A DNA stretch of 18,409 bases from Abditibacteriaceae bacterium. Its GTDB lineage: Bacteria; Armatimonadota; Abditibacteriia; Abditibacteriales; Abditibacteriaceae. The stretch lies in the NCBI GenBank assembly GCA_031372065.1, contig JANMKN010000265.1, positions 1-18,409 of the forward strand, in the 5' to 3' direction. Both the position numbers and the translations under genes were made by a program. The notes under the pieces are model-generated. The model was not told the DNA's origin. It saw nothing but the letters and a program-made list of their open reading frames with translations, and did no database searches. The first letter of the stretch is position 1; each line of letters starts with the position of its first letter. Shown in pieces: positions 1 to 7,024 of the stretch.

Positions 1-1366
1 GGGGGCGCCAGCTGGGGCGAGCTTCCAATCGAATCAATTTGGCAGCTTCTGCGTTGCCTTCGATTTCCAATTTTTCGGCGTTCCACTTGACGGTTTGGCC
101 GGTGCGAATTGCCAGAGTGCCCAGCAAAATGGTTTCGGTGAGTGGTGCAGAATAACTAAAGTCCGAGCAGGATTTTTTGCCAGCTTTGATGGCGTCTATC
201 CAATCGAGGTGAATGCCATTAGTGCGGGCCAGCGTTTTGGGCACGCGTTTGTCGGGATTGGCGCGATACTCTTCCCATTTGGCCTTCGGGTAAAGTTGCG
301 GGCTGTCGGGGCGCATTCCGGCATGGTAAATGCCGCCGTTCTCGCCGACCATAATCAGGCCACCTTCGCCGCCCGGATTGCCCAAATCATAGCCTGCGGG
401 CGCTTCGGGCACGCTGGGGCCTTCAAACCATTTCACTTTAACCGGTGGCTTGTCGCCGCGTGCCGGGAAGTTGTAGGTAACAATTGAGCCGTTGGGCGTG
501 AAAAGCGAGTTGGCTGGGCCTTTGAGTTCGACTTCGACACTGGTGGGCGCACCCAAATCGAGCGCCCAATAAGGGGTATCAATCGTGTGGCAGCCAATAT
601 CGCCCAAGCCGCCGCAGCCGAAATCCCACCACGGACGCCAGCGCATGGGATGCAAAGTCGAATTAAAGCCGATTTCTTTGGCGACCGGGCCCAACCACAT
701 ATTCCAGTCCATGCCTTGCGGCACCGGTTGCGCCGGAGGAAACGCGGTCTGCACTTGGCCATTGAAGCCCACGCCCGAATGGGGGCGATTTGTCCATGCC
801 AGCACTTCCTTGACGTTGCCGATTAATCCGGCTTGATACCATTCCTTGATGAGACGAGCGCCTTCGAAGGCGTGGCCCTGATTGCCCATCTGTGTGACTA
901 CGCCTTTTTGGGCCGCCAACTGCTGCAAAGTGCGCGCTTCCCACAACGAATGCACCAGGGGTTTTTCGACAAAGACATGCTTGCCGTGGTTGATGGCCAT
1001 ATAGGCGATGGCGAAGTGGTTATGGTCGGGTGTGCCAACGCCTACAGCGTCAATTTTATCGCCCATTTCGGTAATCATCTGGCGAAAATCAGTGTAGAAC
1101 TTGGCCTCCGGGAACTGCGCCTTGGCACGCGTCCACGTATTGGGGTCGCAATCTGCCAGCGCAACGACGTTGTTGCCGTTTGCACAGGCATTCAGGTCGC
1201 CCCAGCCCATGCCACCAAAGCCGACCCACGCGATGTTGAGCTTTTCGTTGGCGCCTTTGACCGATTTGGCAAGAATCAAAGGAGCGCCAAAAGTCGCGCC
1301 GAGCGCGGCGGCGGATTGTTTGAGAAAAACGCGACGGGATGATTGATTTGATTTGGAAGTTTTCAT
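1..1366 (-). CDS. Tat-exported Gfo/Idh/MocA family oxidoreductase (3' end beyond window)
   Basis: Manual translation from ATG at 1366: MKTSKSNQSSRRVFLKQSAAALG (twin-arginine SRRxFLK), Rossmann VGFGGMG, GTPDHNH, GKHVFVEKP, later GGLGDIGCH. Frame stays open to the window edge, which explains its absence from the ORF track. Confidence 0.93.
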   Translation of the reverse strand, partial: MKTSKSNQSSRRVFLKQSAAALGATFGAPLILAKSVKGANEKLNIAWVGFGGMGWGDLNACANGNNVVALADCDPNTWTRAKAQFPEAKFYTDFRQMITEMGDKIDAVGVGTPDHNHFAIAYMAINHGKHVFVEKPLVHSLWEARTLQQLAAQKGVVTQMGNQGHAFEGARLIKEWYQAGLIGNVKEVLAWTNRPHSGVGFNGQVQTAFPPAQPVPQGMDWNMWLGPVAKEIGFNSTLHPMRWRPWWDFGCGGLGDIGCHTIDTPYWALDLGAPTSVEVELKGPANSLFTPNGSIVTYNFPARGDKPPVKVKWFEGPSVPEAPAGYDLGNPGGEGGLIMVGENGGIYHAGMRPDSPQLYPKAKWEEYRANPDKRVPKTLARTNGIHLDWIDAIKAGKKSCSDFSYSAPLTETILLGTLAIRTGQTVKWNAEKLEIEGNAEAAKLIRLEARPSWRP

Positions 1367-1533
1367 GGAGGATGTTTGACCTGTTTTTTCTTCGTCAGAT
1401 GCGACTATACCCAGAATTTATTGTCAACTTTACTGAGTCACCAACCTAAGCAGGGAGCGGAGCCAGACGAAACTGCTGCGTGGCGAAAACGGCACTACGG
1501 TGTCAAAGTGACAGCTTCGAAAAGCAGCTCATT

Positions 1534-2433
1534 ATGAAGACAACGAAAAAACTCGCCGCCGTGACGGCGGCTCTGCTTACAATCAGCGCCTGCGGGCCAG
1601 TCGCTGCCGCCCCTGAGAAATTGGCCTTGTGGCCCGATAAGGCGCCGATTGGCGATGGCCAATTCGAGACGGCGGCACCGATGATTACTGTCTACCGACC
1701 AGACCCCGAAAAAGCCACCGGCGCGGCGATGGTGATTTGTCCGGGCGGCGGTTATGGCGGTCTGGTTGTCGGCGCCGAAGGGCACGGCATCGCGCAATGG
1801 CTTGATGGACACGGCATCGCGGGCATCGTCTTGGAATATCGCCTGCCTAAAGGCCGCGCCTTTGTGCCGCTTCTTGATGCGCAACGCGCCATTCGCACGG
1901 TGCGCTTCAACGCCAAAGCGTGGGGCATCAATCCCGATCAAATCGGCATCATCGGCTTCTCGGCGGGCGGGCACCTCGCTTCCTCGGCGGGCACTCATTT
2001 CGACACCGGCGATGTTAATGCCACAGACTCCATTGAGCGCGTGAGTTGCCGCCCCGACTTCGCGGTTTTGGTGTATCCTGTGGTGACTTTTACCGGCCCA
2101 AACACCAATGTCGGCACCAAGAACAACCTGCTCGGCCCCAATCCCAAGCCGGAACTGGAAGTTTTGTTTTCCAATGAGCAGCAAGTCACCGCCAAATCGT
2201 CGCCGATGTTTCTGGCGCACGCCCAAGACGATAAAGTAGTCACTCCAGAGAACAGCAAAATGCTTTATGCAGCGCTAAAAGCCAACGGCGTGCCCGCCGA
2301 ATATTTGGAATTACCCAACGGAGGCCACGGCTTGAATGGCTACAAAGGGCCAAGTTGGGACGCGTGGCAAACCAAATCTATTGAATGGTTAGCCACACAA
2401 AAATTGATTACAGCGGCGAAACCCAAACCCTGA
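1534..2433 (+). CDS. Exported alpha/beta hydrolase (acetyl esterase/lipase-like), possible lipoprotein
   Basis: ICPGGGY oxyanion motif, nucleophile elbow GFSAGG, DDKVV and GGHG as likely triad Asp/His. Start at MKTTKK (1534) gives a signal peptide with lipobox-like ISAC. Confidence 0.88.
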   Translation: MKTTKKLAAVTAALLTISACGPVAAAPEKLALWPDKAPIGDGQFETAAPMITVYRPDPEKATGAAMVICPGGGYGGLVVGAEGHGIAQWLDGHGIAGIVLEYRLPKGRAFVPLLDAQRAIRTVRFNAKAWGINPDQIGIIGFSAGGHLASSAGTHFDTGDVNATDSIERVSCRPDFAVLVYPVVTFTGPNTNVGTKNNLLGPNPKPELEVLFSNEQQVTAKSSPMFLAHAQDDKVVTPENSKMLYAALKANGVPAEYLELPNGGHGLNGYKGPSWDAWQTKSIEWLATQKLITAAKPKP

Positions 2434-2453
2434 TTGAAAAACCACTTACCACC

Positions 2454-3659
2454 ATGAAACTTCACTTGCTCCTCCTTGCCCTTGTTCCCATCGCGCCCGT
2501 CGCGGCGGACATTACTTTCAAAAAGCAAACGCTCACCACCGAATTCGTTGCCGAAGGCTGCGCCGTGGCCGACTTCGACCACGACGGCAATATGGACATT
2601 AGCGCCGGTTGCTCCCTTTGGTATGGGCCAGATTTCGCCCGCCGCGCGAATTTTACGCCGCCCAGCATCAATGCCGGAGGCCCCTCGAAAACGCCCTATA
2701 ACCCGGAAAGCGGCTACTCCGATTACTTTTTGGCCTTCACCTACGATTTCAACGGCGACACATGGGCCGATATTTTGGAGTATGGTCTGCCGGGCGAACC
2801 AGCGTATCTTTATCTCAACCCGCAAAACAAAGAGGGCGATTGGGCCAAACACGCCATCTTTGATGTGGCGGATAACGAATCGCCGGATTTGAAAGACATC
2901 AACGGCGATGGCAAGCCGGAACTGCTGCTGCATACGCGCGGTCAGCTTGGCTACGCCGAAATTGATTGGGCTAATCCCACCGGCAAAGCGCGTTTCCGTC
3001 CTATCACGCCTAAGTCGGCGGAAAACGATAAAAAATATTTCCGCTACACCCACGGCTATGGCGCGGGCGATGTAAACGGCGACGGACGTGTGGATATTCT
3101 CACCAAAGATGGCTGGTTCGAGCAGCCCGCCGACACTAAAGATGACAAGGATTGGGCGTTTCACGCTGGCCCGTTTGGTCGCGGCGGCGCGCAAATGTAT
3201 GTTTATGACGTAAATGGCGATGGGCGCAACGATGTCATTACCAGCTATGAAGCGCATGGCTTTGGCCTCGGCTGGTTCGAGCAAAAAGCCGACGGCAGTT
3301 TCAGCGAACACAAAATTATGGGCAGCACGCCCGAAGAAAATAAGCAAGGCGTGAAGTTCAGCCAACTTCACGCAATGCGCCTGACCGATATGGATGGAGA
3401 CGGCGTGCCTGACCTTGTGACCGGCAAGCGCCGCTGGGCACATGGTCCGAACGCCGACGCCGAACCGGGCGCCGAGCCTGTGTTGTATTGGTTCCAACTC
3501 AAACGCGATGGCAATGGTGGCGCAGAGTTCATTCCGCACCTCGCAGACAACGACAGCGGTATCGGCACACAAGTCACCACCGGCGATCTCAACAAAGATG
3601 GCAAGCCCGATATTATCGTCGCCAACAAAAAAGGCGTCTTCGCCTTTACGCAGCAATAG
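2454..3659 (+). CDS. Secreted FG-GAP/VCBS repeat protein (probable 7-blade Ca-binding beta-propeller)
   Basis: Signal peptide MKLHLLLLALVPIAPVAA. Seven DxxxDGxxD-type motifs: DFDHDGNMD, DFNGDTWAD, DINGDGKPE, DVNGDGRVD, DVNGDGRND, DMDGDGVPD, DLNKDGKPD. Confidence 0.88.
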   Translation: MKLHLLLLALVPIAPVAADITFKKQTLTTEFVAEGCAVADFDHDGNMDISAGCSLWYGPDFARRANFTPPSINAGGPSKTPYNPESGYSDYFLAFTYDFNGDTWADILEYGLPGEPAYLYLNPQNKEGDWAKHAIFDVADNESPDLKDINGDGKPELLLHTRGQLGYAEIDWANPTGKARFRPITPKSAENDKKYFRYTHGYGAGDVNGDGRVDILTKDGWFEQPADTKDDKDWAFHAGPFGRGGAQMYVYDVNGDGRNDVITSYEAHGFGLGWFEQKADGSFSEHKIMGSTPEENKQGVKFSQLHAMRLTDMDGDGVPDLVTGKRRWAHGPNADAEPGAEPVLYWFQLKRDGNGGAEFIPHLADNDSGIGTQVTTGDLNKDGKPDIIVANKKGVFAFTQQ

Positions 3660-3681
3660 CTATGGACGATAAATTGGTGTG

Positions 3682-3716
3682 GCTCAAAGCTAATTGCTCA
3701 AAGCTAATTGCTAATT
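3682..3716. repeat. Heptamer tandem repeat between convergent genes
   Basis: GCTCAAA GCTAATT GCTCAAA GCTAATT GCTAATT; the last unit overlaps the sortase stop codon. Confidence 0.8.
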
Positions 3717-4382
3717 TTCTTCTTTTAAAATAGCCGTTACGACATGGCGATACATACTGGCGGGCTTGGTGCAAGTTATTAAAGTCAGTTGGGCGCTTCC
3801 ACCAGTGTCAGGATTGAGAACCGAAGTATCGGTTTGGGAAAGCTGAGTCGAGGTCAGCACGGTATAGGTATAAATGTGCCGAGGCGTATGCAATTCGATT
3901 TCTGAACCAGCCCAAAGTTGATCCAGATTGCCAAACCACGCGCCGAAAATGTTGCTATGCGCGGCAAGAACGCAGTTGCCGGGTTGGCCCGGCGCGACGG
4001 AGTTGGGATCGTGTCCCGGCCCGCGCTGCAAAGCACCCTCATCCATGCCCTGTAACACAACAGCGTCCAGACTAATTTCGGGTATCACAATGCGGGTGGG
4101 CGGCAAGGCGGCGTGATGAATTTTAGGCGTTGGCGTGGCAATGGGCGCGTTTTTCTTTGATTTCCGAGGCGAATTTTTCGCTGCACGAGAAGCGATGCGA
4201 GCAGAATCGACTGGCGGTTTCATATCAGTTTGCGCCACGGATTTTTTCCAATTCGCTTGCAAGGCGCGCTGGCTCCACCAACCATAGGCGCTTTGTCCGG
4301 CTGGCCAAAGCATCAGCAACAAGCCACCGAATAACAAAAATATCAAAGCGCCGCGTAATAGCGGCTTCGCGCGGGCATTCAT
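3711..4382 (-). CDS. Sortase (class D/E-like)
   Basis: N-terminal membrane anchor, LQRGPGH, GNCVLAAH (catalytic His), LTLITC (TLxTC catalytic Cys) and downstream Arg (YRHVV). Start MNARAK at 4382 is uncertain; the ORF extends to 4436. Confidence 0.92.
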   Translation of the reverse strand: MNARAKPLLRGALIFLLFGGLLLMLWPAGQSAYGWWSQRALQANWKKSVAQTDMKPPVDSARIASRAAKNSPRKSKKNAPIATPTPKIHHAALPPTRIVIPEISLDAVVLQGMDEGALQRGPGHDPNSVAPGQPGNCVLAAHSNIFGAWFGNLDQLWAGSEIELHTPRHIYTYTVLTSTQLSQTDTSVLNPDTGGSAQLTLITCTKPASMYRHVVTAILKEEN

Positions 4383-4436
4383 CAGCAGAATAACATCAGC
4401 GAAATAAAACGGCAGGGCAAAACAGGACAGACACAA

Positions 4437-4475
4437 ACGCCGACATGAGTTTGTTGGACAAACTCATGTCGGCGT
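4437..4475 (-). terminator. Strong hairpin between the LPxTG substrate gene and the sortase
   Basis: Perfect 18-bp inverted repeat ACGCCGACATGAGTTTGT-tgg-ACAAACTCATGTCGGCGT; only a weak U-tract follows on the minus strand. Confidence 0.7.
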
Positions 4476-4511
4476 CAAAAGGCTCTTGAAAAAAGTTGCT
4501 TTGCGGCTGCT

Positions 4512-4847
4512 TTAGCGGACTTTTTTCAAACCGAGTAAAGCCCCGCCTGCGGTCATGGCGCCCATCAAGGCCATCAAAAGCGGAGCGCCGCCCGTAGTCG
4601 GCAGCGTATCGGTAGTCGTGGTGGTGACTGTGGTTTCTACGGTATCAATGCCAGTGCCCACAGCAGGCGTAACGGCTTCAAAAGCAGGGGCTGTTGCCGC
4701 GCCACCGGCGGCGACAGACGAACCGCCGGGCGCACCCGTAGCCATCCCGGTTGGTGAACCGGTCGGTGAGCCGGATTGAGCCATTGCGACTCCGCTCCAC
4801 AAAAGAGCGGCACTGACAGCGAACAGACGTGTGGTTTTGTTAATCAT
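4512..4847 (-). CDS. Small secreted low-complexity protein with LPxTG sorting signal (sortase substrate)
   Basis: AGGAGG Shine-Dalgarno at 4855-4860. Signal peptide ending VAMA|QS, Gly/Ala/Thr/Pro/Ser-rich body, then LPTTG, hydrophobic helix and KKVR basic tail. Directly upstream of the sortase. Confidence 0.88.
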   Translation of the reverse strand: MINKTTRLFAVSAALLWSGVAMAQSGSPTGSPTGMATGAPGGSSVAAGGAATAPAFEAVTPAVGTGIDTVETTVTTTTTDTLPTTGGAPLLMALMGAMTAGGALLGLKKVR

Positions 4848-5070
4848 AACGTTTCCTCCTGGAAATGTCTCCTGAAAAAATGCTCCTCGAAATTGCCAGT
4901 AGTTTGTCAAAATGGCGTTGCCGTGCAAAGGGTGCAATTTATAAAGACTTTTATCAACCCTGCAAGGAAGCCCTTTGCCAGATTGTAAAATGCAGTTGCA
5001 AGATGCGCGCCGGACGCGAAAAATGGAGAATAGAGAGCGTTAGTTTTTCAATGTTTTAAGCAAGGGCCAT

Positions 5071-5127
5071 TTCAAAATTCAAAACTCAAAATCCCGCCCA
5101 AAGGGCACCCGAACTCAAAACTCAAAA
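5071..5127. repeat. Heptamer repeats (YTCAAAA) upstream of the ABC permease
   Basis: TTCAAAA TTCAAAA CTCAAAA at 5071-5091 and CTCAAAA CTCAAAA at 5114-5127; the same unit occurs at 18354-18369. Confidence 0.7.
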
Positions 5128-5139
5128 AGCCGTTGGGCG

Positions 5140-6105
5140 ATGTTAGGCGCGCTGTTTCTTTGCGTTTTGCTGCTTGCCTTGTGTGGCGGCAGCGCGGTGC
5201 CGCTGCGCGATTTGTGGTCAAATGATGCCTCCGCGCGCGAAGTGGCAGCGCAAGTGTTTTTTCATTTGCGCCCGCAACGCGTGCTGACGGGAATGCTCGT
5301 TGGCGCCATTTTAGCCTGTTCAGGCGCCGGTTTGCAGGCGGTTTTTCGTAATCCTTTGGCCGAGCCTTATTTGCTGGGCATTTCGGCGGGCGGCGCTTTG
5401 GGCGCGACGTTAGCCGTGGCTTTCAAACTGCCGCAGTGGGGCGGTTTTGCCGCGCAGGTGCCCTTAGCTTTTGCAGGCGCGCTGGCCGCTTCTGCGGTGG
5501 TTTACAAACTCGGACAGCCGCGCGGCGATTTTTCTTTTGGCTTTGACCGCGCCGGATTATTGCTGTGCGGCGTGGCGCTTTCGGCCTTTTTCTCGGCCCT
5601 GATGGCGCTTGTTGTCACACTGTCGAATCCACTTTTGGCCCAGCAAATCACTTTTTGGATGCTCGGCGACCTCACGCGCGCCGAATGGCCGGAAATTATC
5701 GTGTTAAGCCTCGCTTTATTGGTTGGCATAGCCTTGTTTTTAGGCGCCGCGCGCGATGTGGACGCTTTGCAGGTTGGTGACGAAGAAGCGGCCAGTTTGG
5801 GCGTCGAAGTAACGCGCGTGCATCGCCGCCTGATTGTTGCCGCATCATTGATGAGCGCTGCCGCCGTAGCCGCAGCGGGCTTAATCGGCTTTGTCGGCTT
5901 GCTGGCGCCGCATTTGATGCGTCCGCTTTTTGGCACGCGCGCGCGCGTTTTGTTTCCTGCCGCAGCCATCGGCGGCGCCACCATATTAATGCTGTGCGAC
6001 ACTTTGGCACGTTCGATTTTGCCGCCGCTGGAAATTCCCGTTGGCATCATCACATCTTTGCTCGGCGTGCCGCTGTTTTTGTGGTTGGCGAGACGACAAT
6101 TTTAA
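5140..6105 (+). CDS. Iron-chelate/cobalamin ABC transporter permease (FecCD/BtuC family)
   Basis: LQAVFRNPLAEPYLLGISAGG, EAA loop GDEEAASLGV, IGFVGLLAPH, EIPVGIITSLLGVPLF; many hydrophobic segments. Confidence 0.95.
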   Translation: MLGALFLCVLLLALCGGSAVPLRDLWSNDASAREVAAQVFFHLRPQRVLTGMLVGAILACSGAGLQAVFRNPLAEPYLLGISAGGALGATLAVAFKLPQWGGFAAQVPLAFAGALAASAVVYKLGQPRGDFSFGFDRAGLLLCGVALSAFFSALMALVVTLSNPLLAQQITFWMLGDLTRAEWPEIIVLSLALLVGIALFLGAARDVDALQVGDEEAASLGVEVTRVHRRLIVAASLMSAAAVAAAGLIGFVGLLAPHLMRPLFGTRARVLFPAAAIGGATILMLCDTLARSILPPLEIPVGIITSLLGVPLFLWLARRQF

Positions 6106-6107
6106 AA

Positions 6108-6893
6108 ATGCTCGAAATTTCCGCTTTAAGTGCCGGTTACGGCGAAAAAACGGTGCTGCACGACGTTTCCTTGCATGTGCAAGCGGGCGCGGTTTTATCG
6201 ATTATTGGCCCAAATGGTTGCGGCAAATCTACGCTTTTGCGTTGCGCGGCGGGACTTTTAAAACCGCAACGCGGCACCATAAAAATCGAAGGCGACGATA
6301 TTTTCTCGCTCGAAGCACGCGAAAGGGCACGGCGCGTGGCGCTTTTGCCGCAAAATTTTGAAGGTGGGCGCGATTTATTGGTCGAAGAAATGGTTTTGCT
6401 GGGTCGCACGCCGCATTTACCGCCCTATGGCGCGCCTTCGCGAAACGATGTTGAAATCGCACAGCGCGCCCTCGAAAACGTTGGCGCAAGTCAATTCTCA
6501 ACGCGCCGTATCGGGCAACTTTCAGGCGGCGAGCGTCAACGCGTGCTTTTGGCGCGCGCTTTAGCGCAACAACCGCAAATTTTGCTGCTGGACGAGCCGA
6601 TTTCCAACTTGGATATTCGTTTTCAATGCGAAATTTTAGATTTGGCGCGGCGTCTTGCCGTCACCGAAAACTTGGCCGTCGTCGCCGTTTTGCACCAGAT
6701 AAATTTAGCGTCCGCCATCGCCGACCAAATGCTGCTTTTAAATGAAGGCCGCGTCATCGCGCACGGCGCGCCGGACATCGTGATGACGCAGGAAAATCTC
6801 GAGACCGTTTATCAAACGCCGCTACGCATCGCGCCGCACCCTAAAAGTGGACGCCCGCAGGCGCAAATGATGTGGGAGTTTCAACTTAAATGA
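6108..6893 (+). CDS. Iron-chelate/cobalamin ABC transporter ATP-binding protein (FepC/BtuD-like)
   Basis: Walker A GPNGCGKST, signature LSGGERQR, Walker B ILLLDEP, H-loop VLHQIN. ATG lies 2 nt after the permease stop. Confidence 0.95.
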   Translation: MLEISALSAGYGEKTVLHDVSLHVQAGAVLSIIGPNGCGKSTLLRCAAGLLKPQRGTIKIEGDDIFSLEARERARRVALLPQNFEGGRDLLVEEMVLLGRTPHLPPYGAPSRNDVEIAQRALENVGASQFSTRRIGQLSGGERQRVLLARALAQQPQILLLDEPISNLDIRFQCEILDLARRLAVTENLAVVAVLHQINLASAIADQMLLLNEGRVIAHGAPDIVMTQENLETVYQTPLRIAPHPKSGRPQAQMMWEFQLK

Positions 6894-6955
6894 TGGGATA
6901 CAGATGTAATTCATTCCAGTCTTTTGTTTTTTGCGATTCATCTCGGTCTATTGTT

Positions 6956-6964
6956 TGTTATAAT
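6956..6964 (+). promoter_or_regulatory. Extended -10 promoter element (TGtTATAAT) for the FN3 gene
   Basis: Consensus TGnTATAAT about 60 nt upstream of ATG 7025; GGAGG Shine-Dalgarno at 7015-7019. Confidence 0.55.
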
Positions 6965-7024
6965 TATTTCAACTCAGCGACAGTGTTTTGTTAGCCGCCG
7001 CTGGAAATATAGTTGGAGGTTGAT

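Noticed and set aside
1404..1427. Minus-strand TTGACA and TATAGT boxes upstream of the oxidoreductase
   Set aside because: The spacer is only 12 nt, incompatible with a canonical sigma70 promoter; the -10 alone may still be real.
2340..3656. 438-aa minus-strand ORF, and similar antisense ORFs at 95-487, 833-1342, 1495-2226, 5502-6053, 11959-12609 and 17701-18198
   Set aside because: Shadow ORFs opposite well-supported genes, with no recognisable motifs.
4860..5139. Cobalamin riboswitch upstream of the Btu-like permease
   Set aside because: No B12-box or other conserved cobalamin-riboswitch segments are visible, so the substrate (B12 versus iron chelate) is left unassigned.
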